IMG/VR virus record: IMGVR_UViG_3300007852_000001
Location: 546-64,545 of that record
Direction: 5' to 3' (one strand)
DNA length: 64,000 nt
DNA from: a virus
Lineage: Duplodnaviria; Caudoviricetes
Shown: piece after piece, positions 17,631 through 26,472 of the stretch
Numbering within the stretch: position 1 is the stretch's first letter
Layout of the letters: the number at the start of each line of letters is the position of its first letter
The notes under the pieces: model-generated
The model's input: only the letters and a program-made list of their open reading frames with translations
Database searches by the model: none
What the model was told of the DNA's origin: nothing
Made by a program: the position numbers and the translations under genes

Positions 17631-19598
17631 ATGGATATGACATTCGACATTGAGGTCGACGACAAGACAGACCCCGACTACGACATCTCGGATAATTTTG
17701 CCGAGAATCTGGTAGACGTTATCCGCTCGGATATGGTCGGCAACGAAGGCCAGTTCCTCTCGCTCAACGCGGCCTACGCCAGCGGGCTGTCTCGCGTACC
17801 AGAAGAGTACCTCCAGATGATTGTCCGCGGCAAGTCTGGCGAGGGTAAGACCGAACTGAAGCAGAACGTCGACAGTATCTACCCCAACCACTGGCTTCTT
17901 CGCACGGGCAGCACGTCCGACATGGGGCTGGTGGACTCCGACGACCTGTGGGACGGCGTGTACGTCGGTGCCTTCGCCGAGTTTCAGCAGATGCAGGGCA
18001 AGATGTTGGAGATGGTCAAGTCCTCGGCGGGCGACGACGCTGACGAGGATGGTGTGGGCTTCTCGCACACCCGCAACGTTGACGACGGGGACGGCGGTCG
18101 AGAGGCCGACGAGATAGAGAAGCAGGCCATGCCGACCGTGTTCCTCTTCGCTGACGAGAACAACGCGGAGATACCGAAAGAGTTGGAGACGCGGCAGATG
18201 GTCGTGCGCGTCGAGTCCGACGAAGAGATTAACCGTGCGGTCGCCAAGACCAAGTTCGACCACAACGAGGTCGAGGTGGGCGACCGCGACTACGAGTACA
18301 ACTACAACTTCGAAGAGGGGAAGCAGGCCGTTCGCAACCACATTGCGAACATTCCGAAGCCGCTCGACCCACTGTGGTCCGAAGACCCGAAGAACTACTC
18401 GTATCCCGTCGTCATTCCGCACGACGAAGACATTCAGTGGCCCGTCAGTGACCACCCCGATGTCGACCAGTACGGATGGGACATCTTCAAGGTGGTCGAG
18501 GACATCCTGTCGTACAAGAAAACCCAGTCCAAGCGTGGTGCGCAGGCCATCGCCAACCACATCCGCGCCCACACGCGGCTGAACTATCACAACCGTGAGA
18601 CGATGGAGATTAACGGCGTCACGCACTTCGTCGCGGAGCCGCAGGACGTGGCAAACGTTCTCGCCTACCGCGACCTTCTCCTTGCCGTCACGCACGACAT
18701 CAACGAGCAGAAACTTGCGGTGATTGACGCGCTGACGGATGAGGTGAACGGCGTGGGCGCGACTGGCCCGAACGGCGGGCTTCAGGCCACGCACATGGAC
18801 ATCCGCAAGTACATTGACGAGTATTCCGACATCACGACGCCGAGCAAGTCGCAGTTGACGAACGCCAACGACAACGGCGTTCTCGACGCGATGGAGGAAG
18901 ACTACCTGATTGAAGTCCACGAGGGCGACGGACCGAACGGTGCCCACATGTTCGAGTTCCTCGGCGGCAACACGTTCGGTCACCCGAACATGGACGTGTA
19001 TGCCGACCTGTTCGAACACTGCACGGACCCGATTCGAGACCAGCCCATCACGCAGACCGTGGACGACTTCAAGGCGCAGTTGTCCGTGAAGACCAGCGAA
19101 GACCTGATGGCCGAAGACCCCACCGAGTCCCTTGTGGGCGGCGGTAACGACGACAGTGGCTCAGAGTCCACAGGCGACTCGCTGAGCGACTACGGTGCGG
19201 GCGACGGTGGTGACGACGTGCAGTGGGACGAAGTCGACACAGCGGTCCATGAGCGCCTTCAAGAGACGCTTGACGACAACCGTGCCACGCCCGAAGACGT
19301 GGACAGCCTCGACCTGTCGCACATGGTCGGTGCGTCGCCCGTCGACTACTACAGCGACGACCGCGGACTCCGCTACGTCCGTGCGGCTCGGCCGCGAGAC
19401 GACACTGACCGCGCTGGCACGATTCTCGACTCGTCGCACGACCTGTGGGGCGACAAGTCCGATGGGCAGGTGGAGAGCCGCATCGAAAACACCGTGGCAC
19501 GCCTCCGCGAGGAAGAGGTGTTCGAGGTCCACGTTGACGACCCCGACGACGAGGATAACGACGACCGCTACCTGTTGGTCAGCGACCTTGACGCCTGA
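17631..19598 (+). CDS. AAA+ P-loop ATPase, probable replicative helicase (MCM-related)
   Basis: GKSGEGKT Walker A, AFAEF Walker B-like, ELETR arginine finger; location in the replication block. Confidence 0.6.
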   Translation: MDMTFDIEVDDKTDPDYDISDNFAENLVDVIRSDMVGNEGQFLSLNAAYASGLSRVPEEYLQMIVRGKSGEGKTELKQNVDSIYPNHWLLRTGSTSDMGLVDSDDLWDGVYVGAFAEFQQMQGKMLEMVKSSAGDDADEDGVGFSHTRNVDDGDGGREADEIEKQAMPTVFLFADENNAEIPKELETRQMVVRVESDEEINRAVAKTKFDHNEVEVGDRDYEYNYNFEEGKQAVRNHIANIPKPLDPLWSEDPKNYSYPVVIPHDEDIQWPVSDHPDVDQYGWDIFKVVEDILSYKKTQSKRGAQAIANHIRAHTRLNYHNRETMEINGVTHFVAEPQDVANVLAYRDLLLAVTHDINEQKLAVIDALTDEVNGVGATGPNGGLQATHMDIRKYIDEYSDITTPSKSQLTNANDNGVLDAMEEDYLIEVHEGDGPNGAHMFEFLGGNTFGHPNMDVYADLFEHCTDPIRDQPITQTVDDFKAQLSVKTSEDLMAEDPTESLVGGGNDDSGSESTGDSLSDYGAGDGGDDVQWDEVDTAVHERLQETLDDNRATPEDVDSLDLSHMVGASPVDYYSDDRGLRYVRAARPRDDTDRAGTILDSSHDLWGDKSDGQVESRIENTVARLREEEVFEVHVDDPDDEDNDDRYLLVSDLDA

Positions 19599-19644
19599 CC
19601 AACTAAGTGTAGAGCCGAGCCTCGACACCCTCCTCGTTCACGAC

Positions 19645-19728
19645 CTGTAGCCGTAGCCTTCGCGCCAGCGCAAGACTGCCGTCGAAGACCGTGCGCCATA
19701 GCGGACGGCTATAGGCGCAGACCTGTAG
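19645..19728 (+). repeat. 84-bp dispersed element, copy A
   Basis: About 5 mismatches to the reverse complement of 44502-44585; CTGTAG at both ends. Confidence 0.9.
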
Positions 19729-19763
19729 AGAGCAGTAATTAGTCAGTACGATTTATTTGCCCA

Positions 19764-19862
19764 ATGTCACACTTAGACGAGTGTCCCGACTGTGGTGGAC
19801 CGCTGGCCTTCATTGAGGGCTGTGAGCGGTGCGCTGCGGGTTGTGGCTTCTCACTCTGTTAG
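19764..19862 (+). CDS. Zinc-ribbon microprotein resembling the class II RNR C-terminal tail, 32 aa
   Basis: MSHLDECPDCGGPLAFIEGCERCAAGCGFSLC. Confidence 0.65.
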   Translation: MSHLDECPDCGGPLAFIEGCERCAAGCGFSLC

Positions 19863-19933
19863 GTCAGAGGCCGACTGTAGTATAGCGCGGTAGATACGAA
19901 ACCCTTTTATACGCCCATCCCGTAGTGTACGTG

Positions 19934-20461
19934 ATGGGAGATAATACTGAGATTGGACTGGCGGAAGCGTTCGAAACGCTCGCCGACCGTATCGCAACCG
20001 AAGAAGAAAATTTCGGCGAGGACATTCCTGACCACGCGTCTGAGATGGTCGTGGCCGACGCAGCAGCACTGTTAGAGACTACCACGTCCATCGACATGGC
20101 CCGCACGATGGCCGAGGACAACGAAGACACGGAGATGGACGAAGAGTCCTTCAACGAGGCGCTTCTCGAAGACGCCGTGGACGTTGTGGCGTCGCTGGCC
20201 GCACTCCAGTACGAGACCGACATCGACATCGCTGAGGGCATCAGCGACCGTATCTCGTTCATCGAGGACTTCGAAGCCTTCCAGCAGGCGATGGACGAGG
20301 CCGACGGTCATGACGAAGAGATTGAGGCGATGGACGAGTACCTCACGGACGAGATAGCGGCGAAGATGGGAATGGACGCAGAGCCTGAGACGCCAAGCAT
20401 CGGCGACAACGTGGACGCTGACGGCTACGACCACGACCGCGTGGGTGACTCGTTCCAGTAG
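19934..20461 (+). CDS. All-alpha acidic protein, possibly MazG-like
   Basis: LLEDAVDVVASL resembles the MazG EExxD motif; adjacent to the Nmad1 gene. Confidence 0.45.
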   Translation: MGDNTEIGLAEAFETLADRIATEEENFGEDIPDHASEMVVADAAALLETTTSIDMARTMAEDNEDTEMDEESFNEALLEDAVDVVASLAALQYETDIDIAEGISDRISFIEDFEAFQQAMDEADGHDEEIEAMDEYLTDEIAAKMGMDAEPETPSIGDNVDADGYDHDRVGDSFQ

Positions 20462-20642
20462 GGTGTCGGAATGTATTCCGACTCTTAGGTGCGAACACTA
20501 CGTCTTCGCACAGGGGTCCTAATCCTATTTTTGCGATTTTCGTCTACGGTTCGTAACTCTTTTGCGCGATGCACAGCCATCGGGCATCGCCGAGGGCGAA
20601 ACCCGAAGGCTTTTATACCCGTAGGCCCTAACTCAAGACACG

Positions 20643-20816
20643 ATGGGTGACAACGACAAAACCGATGAAATTCGAGAGCAACTTTCTGACGGCGCTGTGG
20701 GTGGTACTATTGACGATAACGATGGCGCTGTTCTTACACTGGACAGTGGCGAAGACGACGAGAACGGCACCGAGTCCAACACCAATGACGGCGAAAACAG
20801 CGGGAGTGGCGAGTAA
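20643..20816 (+). CDS. Acidic microprotein
   Basis: MGDNDKTDEIREQ... starts directly after the promoter; TAATG coupling. Confidence 0.6.
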   Translation: MGDNDKTDEIREQLSDGAVGGTIDDNDGAVLTLDSGEDDENGTESNTNDGENSGSGE

Positions 20817-21190
20817 TGTCGGAGTCAATCACGCTGGAGGCCGAGGTGGAAGTACACGGAGCCACCGAACAGCAGGTCGAGATGTATCACGAGATGGCGA
20901 CGCTGTTCGAAGAGCGGTTCGCACTGTTCGTTGAGAAGAACCTCGACTACGGCTCGTCGTTCCTGACGGCTGGTAACATCGACATGGAACTGTCGAACGG
21001 TGACGGGCCGTTCAGTGATTCGAAAGAGGCAAACCTGTACAAACTGTTCACCCGCATTCAGGACAAGAACCAGCGGTTCTACCAGCAGGTGTTCTGTGGG
21101 GGCGACGACCACGTTGGTGAGGCGGCCGCAGAGACGGCTGGAGACGCCGCAGTGTACTGGTTCATGGTTAACTGGCTACTCAACCAATGA
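20816..21190 (+). CDS. Nucleotide modification-associated domain 1 (DUF1599-like, MazG fold)
   Basis: EKNLDYGSSF...RIQDKxxR...ETAGDAAVY. Confidence 0.75.
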   Translation: MSESITLEAEVEVHGATEQQVEMYHEMATLFEERFALFVEKNLDYGSSFLTAGNIDMELSNGDGPFSDSKEANLYKLFTRIQDKNQRFYQQVFCGGDDHVGEAAAETAGDAAVYWFMVNWLLNQ

Positions 21191-21411
21191 CTGACATCAT
21201 GGCACCAAAGGGCTACAAGAACCCTCTCAAGGACGCTGCGTGGCGGTCGTACCTACAGGCCTCGGACGACCACTGGCGCGGTAACCTACCGCTCCGTGGC
21301 ATCGAGATTAGTGCCGCTCGCACCGCCTTCGAGAACTGGTACGAGATGAACTACGAAGGTTTCGCGTCGGGGACGTTCGCCGACGCGGACACCGCAAGCG
21401 GGGACCGCTAA
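21187..21411 (+). CDS. Hypothetical protein
   Basis: Coupled ORF. Confidence 0.7.
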   Translation: MTDIMAPKGYKNPLKDAAWRSYLQASDDHWRGNLPLRGIEISAARTAFENWYEMNYEGFASGTFADADTASGDR

Positions 21412-21416
21412 GACTA

Positions 21417-21500
21417 ATGGGACAGCACTGCCCCTACTGCGGTGCGGACGACGAAGACGAAGACACGATACTCGAACACTCCCCGTTCTACAACGAGTAG
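21417..21500 (+). CDS. CPxCG microprotein, 27 aa
   Basis: MGQHCPYCGADDEDEDTILEHSPFYNE. Confidence 0.5.
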   Translation: MGQHCPYCGADDEDEDTILEHSPFYNE

Positions 21501-21556
21501 ACCGCGGCCTTTTTTTTTCGCAAGCCTTTTATACCCGTAGCGCGTAGTGTGGGTAG

Positions 21557-22165
21557 ATGGAAGCAATTGACTCACACGAACTGTACGGTGACATCACGCG
21601 TGACGAGGCCGTTCGTCGCCTGCCCGAAGTAGAGGACATCCGCGACGAAGAGTTGCGGGAGCAGGTCATTCAGGTCATTCGGGACATGCCCGACTACTTT
21701 TGGACAGCGCCAGCCTCGTCGCACCATCACCCGCCCGAGCATCAGGCTCGACACGGCCTCTGGCTGCACACGAAGCGGGTCTGCACGGCCTTTGAGCGCG
21801 TGGCCAAGTCGATGGTCAAACAGGGCCACCTCGACTGGTCGGACATCGACAAGGGGCGTGCGGCCTGTATCCTACACGACATGTACAAGTACGGTATCCC
21901 TCCCACGAGAGTGAGCGGGACGAGCAACAGTCATGACATCGTGGCCGCCAACTGGCTTCGAAACCACACGGACCTGCCTGACGAAGTGTGTAATGCCGTC
22001 GAAAGTCACAACGGGCCGTGGTACGCTGGCTCACAGCCAACGAGCCATCTTCAGCAGATGGTCCACGTGGCAGACCTACACGCCAGCGACCCCGACGCTC
22101 GCATCTCTGTGAAAGACCCGCATCCTGTCCTACAGGAGAAGTTCCCACGAATCAACGAGCGATAA
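21557..22165 (+). CDS. HD-domain phosphohydrolase
   Basis: GLWLHT, LHDMYKYG, SHNGPW, HVAD motifs. Confidence 0.88.
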   Translation: MEAIDSHELYGDITRDEAVRRLPEVEDIRDEELREQVIQVIRDMPDYFWTAPASSHHHPPEHQARHGLWLHTKRVCTAFERVAKSMVKQGHLDWSDIDKGRAACILHDMYKYGIPPTRVSGTSNSHDIVAANWLRNHTDLPDEVCNAVESHNGPWYAGSQPTSHLQQMVHVADLHASDPDARISVKDPHPVLQEKFPRINER

Positions 22166-22438
22166 CATGAACTGGAAAACACAGCGAGAGATAGACGAAG
22201 ACATCGAAGAGAACAGCGAACTGTACGAGGCACTCGCGGACGTGGACGATGAAGATTCAGAATAGCCGTGAGTCGGCCGTAGAGAGCGCGGTCGACTCAC
22301 TACGGGCCACGCCCCACGCAAGTTACTGCACTGGCGTGAGCGCCTCCACACGCGACCTGACGCCCTCTCACGTGACGGAGGGGGAGTGTGTCGTCGCAAC
22401 GTGTGATAACTGCCCGCGGTTCGCGCACTCCAAGTACA

Positions 22439-22687
22439 ATGACTGAACGATGCAACGGCTGTGGTCGAGAGATAGCACACCTCGCTTCCGTCTACGCGTA
22501 TGGCGAAGCACGCATCGAAGACGTGCAGCGACCGACGGCAGTGCGAGCGCAGCACCGACGGACGTTGTGCCCGCGCTGTCACACGGTCATGAAGGGCATC
22601 CTCATGCGTTCGGACCTGTCAGACCAGTGGGACGAGTACGACTGGGAGAGCATGGATGCAGTGTACACGGAGCAGTACGATGGCTGA
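22439..22687 (+). CDS. Zinc-finger protein
   Basis: CNGCG...LCPRCH. Confidence 0.65.
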   Translation: MTERCNGCGREIAHLASVYAYGEARIEDVQRPTAVRAQHRRTLCPRCHTVMKGILMRSDLSDQWDEYDWESMDAVYTEQYDG

Positions 22688-22967
22688 TACAGTACCACAG
22701 CGGAAGTTGGACAGCGACCGTATCAGAATCGATTTAGAGCCGCTCAGTGGCGTCGTGTTCGAGGTTGAAGACCAAAAGGTCCAAGACCTTGGCCTCACTA
22801 AGGTCGTCGTTGTGAGCCTCACAGCGCCGTCTGAGACGTACGACGGTGAGGCGGCCTACATTATCAAGTGGGCGCTGCACAGTAAGACGGCAGAGGTCGT
22901 GCAGTTAGAGCCTGAGAGAGAAGCACACGAAATCACACTCGACAGCATCGTGGCCGTCGAAGACTAA
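22680..22967 (+). CDS. Hypothetical protein
   Basis: Acidic coupled ORF. Confidence 0.7.
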   Translation: MADTVPQRKLDSDRIRIDLEPLSGVVFEVEDQKVQDLGLTKVVVVSLTAPSETYDGEAAYIIKWALHSKTAEVVQLEPEREAHEITLDSIVAVED

Positions 22968-23010
22968 ATCGAAACTCTTTTTACCACGGGTCTCCTTTCT
23001 TACAGTAGAG

Positions 23011-23925
23011 ATGGAGAAATTCCCGAAAGTCAAATATCCGAACGACCCCGAGACCGACGGCCTCAAGGCTGGTGAGGTTGTCGTCACCGAGAAACTGGAC
23101 GGTGCCAACTTCCGCTTCACGTGGGACGACGACGGTGAACTGTGGATAGGCACCCGCAACCACAAGTACAGGCATGACGACGAGAACGTTCCGAAGGCGT
23201 TCCGCCATGCCGTTGAGTACATCCGTGAGACTGTGAACTACGAGCCGCGGTTCTCGAACTACACGATGTACGGCGAGGCCATGCACTTACACAGCCTCCG
23301 CTACGAAGACGTGGACTACGTGCAGCCGTCGAAAGGCTCCGCCTACTTCGGCAGCGAGCCGAACGTCGTCGTCTTCGACGCTCTCGACAACATCACTGGT
23401 GACTGGCTACCGTGGCACAGCGTCACGGCACTCGCCAACGACATGGGGCTAACCACGACACGGGTTCTCGAACGTGGCGACCCAGAGCATGTCTCGTTCG
23501 ACGTGCCCGAAGAGTCGATGTTCGGCGGCCCGCCCGAGGGCATCATAGTTCGACGCGTCGACGGTAGCGTCCGCGCCAAGAAGGTGACGGACTCGTTCAG
23601 CGAGAAGAACGTAGTCGCGTTCAACGACAAGAATAAGGCACAGACCGACTCTGGTGAGTTTGTTGCGTCGTACGTCACGGACGCCCGCATCGAGAAGCAG
23701 GCTCACAAACTCGTGGACAGTGGCGAGTACGAACGCCTTGAGATGGCGATGATGGAAGACCTACCCCGCGAAGTCCTCAAGGACGTGATGGGCGAGAACG
23801 GGTGGGACCTTCTCACGTCGGGCGGTTTCGAGGGCATGTGGGACGACGACTTCAAGTCTGAGGTGCGGTCGAAGGCGTCGAAGAAGTGCGCTCGCGTCCT
23901 CAAGAACGAGGTAAATGCCCTCTGA
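23011..23925 (+). CDS. ATP-dependent RNA ligase, Rnl2 family
   Basis: Motif I EKLDGANF, YGEA, VFD, EGIIVR, AKKV; Rnl2-like C-terminus YVTDARIEK. Confidence 0.85.
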   Translation: MEKFPKVKYPNDPETDGLKAGEVVVTEKLDGANFRFTWDDDGELWIGTRNHKYRHDDENVPKAFRHAVEYIRETVNYEPRFSNYTMYGEAMHLHSLRYEDVDYVQPSKGSAYFGSEPNVVVFDALDNITGDWLPWHSVTALANDMGLTTTRVLERGDPEHVSFDVPEESMFGGPPEGIIVRRVDGSVRAKKVTDSFSEKNVVAFNDKNKAQTDSGEFVASYVTDARIEKQAHKLVDSGEYERLEMAMMEDLPREVLKDVMGENGWDLLTSGGFEGMWDDDFKSEVRSKASKKCARVLKNEVNAL

Positions 23926-24050
23926 TGTGTTGGGAATGTGGCTCGGCTGGCGAACTTGAGAAAGCGGAGGACAGCGACCACTGGGAGGGACGGTGCCCGA
24001 ACTGTGGTAACGAATTCGAGACCGTAATTTGGGACCGTGAATTGGAGTAA
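23925..24050 (+). CDS. Zinc-ribbon microprotein, 41 aa
   Basis: MCWECG...CPNCG; TGATG coupling to the ligase. Confidence 0.65.
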   Translation: MCWECGSAGELEKAEDSDHWEGRCPNCGNEFETVIWDRELE

Positions 24051-24117
24051 GGCCGTTGCGGAGGTACTTTCGGGGCTTGACCCCCACGGTAGTATCCGCG
24101 AAGGCGTTGACCAGAAT

Positions 24118-24135
24118 CGAAAGCCTTAATAAGGA
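24118..24135 (+). promoter_or_regulatory. BRE/TATA promoter of the ncRNA operon
   Basis: CGAAAGCCTTAATAA matches the other viral promoters; no ORF downstream. Confidence 0.7.
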
Positions 24136-24155
24136 GTAGTGCGTAGGTGTAGACA

Positions 24156-24263
24156 GGTCGTGCCCGACGGCCATAGTACCGAGGTCGCCCCTTGGAAAAA
24201 AGCAACAAAGAGCATCGGGAACATTACGCTCGTGAGGGGTCATACCCTTACGGGTGTCTTGCA
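24156..24263 (+). ncRNA. Structured 5' RNA of the ncRNA operon (unknown class)
   Basis: Stems GGTCGT/ACGGCC, GCCCCTT/GAGGGGT, GAGC/GCTC, ATACCC/GGGTGT. Confidence 0.45.
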
Positions 24264-24266
24264 GTA

Positions 24267-24335
24267 GGGTTTGAAGGGTAGAACAGTGGTCGGCTCCAAA
24301 CCGACCGCTTGGGGGTGCAACTCCTTCCAAATCCA
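24267..24335 (+). tRNA. Non-canonical tRNA-Trp(CCA) with degenerate D-arm
   Basis: Acceptor GGGTTTG/CAAATCC+A; anticodon arm GTCGG-CTCCAAA-CCGAC; T-arm GGGGG-TGCAACT-CCTTC. Confidence 0.75.
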
Positions 24336-24340
24336 CTTTA

Positions 24341-24653
24341 GGGCCAGCAAAGGGCGTGGTCTGCCGCTGGCCGACAACACGACACAATATAAATGAAACG
24401 GAGTCACTGATGGTAACGAGTTAGCGGGAGCCTGTCCGACGGCCGTCCCTATGTGGCCCACGTAGGACAGGTGGGCGCTCGGTAACGTCAGGGTTAAAGG
24501 CACAGCCGCTCACTGTAATTGTTTGAGGCTATCGGCAGAACTGGTTACTCTGCCACAGAGCCTACAAGATGTCGTGCAGTAATCGGCCAGCACTGAAAGC
24601 AATAGCCGACACGGCATATCCACCAAGGTGGACGGGAAACCGTCCTGAGGCCT
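24341..24653 (+). ncRNA. ~310-nt highly structured RNA of unknown class
   Basis: Nested helices GGGCC/GGCCT, GCTGGCCGA/TCGGCCAGC, CACGACA/TGTCGTG, CTGATG-GTAA-CGAG/CTCG-GTAA-CGTCAG, CCTGTCC/GGACAGG, GGCAGA/TCTGCC, GGACGG-GAAA-CCGTCC; no ORF. Confidence 0.7.
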
Positions 24654-24664
24654 CTTTACTACGC

Positions 24665-24737
24665 GCCACTGACGCATAGAGATACGATGCACCGCCCTTG
24701 TAAGGCGGAGAGGGGAGTGTAAGTCTCCACGGTGGCT
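24665..24737 (+). tRNA. tRNA-Thr(UGU), non-canonical
   Basis: Acceptor GCCACTG/CGGTGGC+T; D-stem GCAT/ATGC; CCGCC-CTTGTAA-GGCGG; T-loop TGTAAGT. Confidence 0.85.
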
Positions 24738-24830
24738 TTAGCAGAAGCGAAAGCCACAGTCTCCACGGTGGCTTTTACGCAGAGCAGAAGCGAAAGTCTT
24801 TTTATCCCCTGTCTCCTAACGTAGGATGTA

Positions 24831-25439
24831 ATGGGACTCTTCGGACCATCCAAGTCGGAACTGGCAGACCGCATTGAGGAACTGGAAGCAACAGTTGAAG
24901 AGCAGAAGCAGCAAATGCAGGACGAAATTCTGTCACTAAAAGAGCGTGTCGACCGAAAAGAGGACGAAGCGCGGAGTCAGGCAGAGAACGCTGCACAGAT
25001 AGCCCACGCAGTTGGTCGTATTCACACCAACAATTTCAAAGAAGTGCAGGACAAGGACGGCGTTGTCGAAACGCTGGACGAACCGCGGCTCGCGTGGAAG
25101 GCGACTAACAACAACGTGGTAAAACTCCTCATTCCCGAGGGGGCACGCGTCGTGCATCCGTGGAAGAGCGATGTGTCCCGCGGTAGGAAGAAGCGCACGG
25201 ACGAGGCTATTCCCGTTGCCTTCTACGACGTAAAAAAGGGTGGTATCATTTTCTCTAAAAAGCGAGATGAACAGCCGAACATGATGGTGTCTGACCGCTC
25301 GAAGAAGGACAGTATGTTCGAGTACAACATCGGCGAGAAAGCCACTCCGAACAAGCCGCTCAACACGCGTCTTGACAAAGAGTGTACGTCTGGCATCCAC
25401 TTCTTCACCACGGAAGAGAAAGCCGTCAAGTGGTGCTAA
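24831..25439 (+). CDS. Coiled-coil protein with DUF5758-like C-terminal domain
   Basis: LLIPEGARV...KKRTDEA...YNIGE...ECTSGIHFF; less acidic than neighbours. Confidence 0.65.
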   Translation: MGLFGPSKSELADRIEELEATVEEQKQQMQDEILSLKERVDRKEDEARSQAENAAQIAHAVGRIHTNNFKEVQDKDGVVETLDEPRLAWKATNNNVVKLLIPEGARVVHPWKSDVSRGRKKRTDEAIPVAFYDVKKGGIIFSKKRDEQPNMMVSDRSKKDSMFEYNIGEKATPNKPLNTRLDKECTSGIHFFTTEEKAVKWC

Positions 25440-25506
25440 GTAGCACACTGACGTAGCGGCGGTCGACCGAAAGCCTTTTTATCCCCCGTCTCCTAATGCA
25501 AGTGTA

Positions 25507-25857
25507 ATGGGAGACACAGCCATGAACATTCCTGTGAAGGTTCGGACGCACGAACTGAATCAGATGCAGACGATGGTGCCGAACGTCATCGAGCAGTTAA
25601 AACAGGCCGAACTGGACGACGCAGTTGCCGACATGTCACGCATCTTCGACTCGTACGTGCGCGACGTTGAGGTCACGTATCCGCAGGACGACTTCGCGGC
25701 CTACGTGTCGATGCCGCCCGAAGACTGGCGTCTGACTGTGCGGCACCTCAACCGTGCCCGACACGATGAGGGGACTATCCGCGTGCAGTACCTTCAGAGC
25801 AAACTCGTGAGCCGCGTCGAAGAGCGACTTGCGGACATCGAGGACAACGATGACTGA
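25507..25857 (+). CDS. Hypothetical protein
   Basis: Own promoter. Confidence 0.75.
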   Translation: MGDTAMNIPVKVRTHELNQMQTMVPNVIEQLKQAELDDAVADMSRIFDSYVRDVEVTYPQDDFAAYVSMPPEDWRLTVRHLNRARHDEGTIRVQYLQSKLVSRVEERLADIEDNDD

Positions 25858-26404
25858 GACCACCACGAACGCGAAGCAGATGTCGCTGATGTTGAACGGT
25901 GTCGAAAAAGGTGACGACATGAGCGTCTACATCGGAGAGGCTGAGGGCCACTACCGTGGTGAAGTTATCGCCATCGATGATGGTGAGAACGAGGCCGAGG
26001 TCTACGACATCAAGGTCACCATCGATGACGGTGAACTGACGCACGAGGTCTGTAGCCGCTACACTGGTGACGGGGGTGGGGAACATGCACTGTCGGACGC
26101 CTCTGACTTCGACACGTTCGCCATTGCAGGCAGAGAGTACGAAGTGTCGGCGCTGGCCACGTGGGGGGAGAGTGACGTTCCCAATGACACGCTGTCTGAC
26201 TTCGAAGACGAGGAGCAAGAAGAGATAGCCGAAAGGATGGGAGAAGAGTTAGAAGACCTCTCGCGTGCCCTCACGGAGTTGCAGGCGATGCGCAAGTCCT
26301 GTCGACGCTTTCTCGACGGTGACATCACGCTGGCCGAGATGGAAGAAGAGATGCGTATGGTTGAGATGGACAGCGGTGGTCGTCTCGTCCTCGACAGGCG
26401 TTAA
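25850..26404 (+). CDS. Hypothetical acidic protein
   Basis: Coupled ORF. Confidence 0.75.
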   Translation: MTETTTNAKQMSLMLNGVEKGDDMSVYIGEAEGHYRGEVIAIDDGENEAEVYDIKVTIDDGELTHEVCSRYTGDGGGEHALSDASDFDTFAIAGREYEVSALATWGESDVPNDTLSDFEDEEQEEIAERMGEELEDLSRALTELQAMRKSCRRFLDGDITLAEMEEEMRMVEMDSGGRLVLDRR

Positions 26405-26472
26405 CGTAGTAGAAGAGAATCGAAACCCTTATTAGTGCATAGACCGTAAAAGTAAACGCGAAGAAGAACCCA

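Noticed and set aside
20647-20934. Hydrophobic membrane ORF from the ORF track
   Set aside because: The overlapping acidic ORF 20643-20816 fits the promoter spacing and the coupling to the next gene better
24163-24262. 5S rRNA (GACGGCCATAG resembles the 5S 5' end)
   Set aside because: No helix I partner or CCCAUCCCGAAC loop C; the similarity is too short
24341-24653. RNase P RNA, SRP RNA, tmRNA or self-splicing intron
   Set aside because: Their conserved signature sequences were not found
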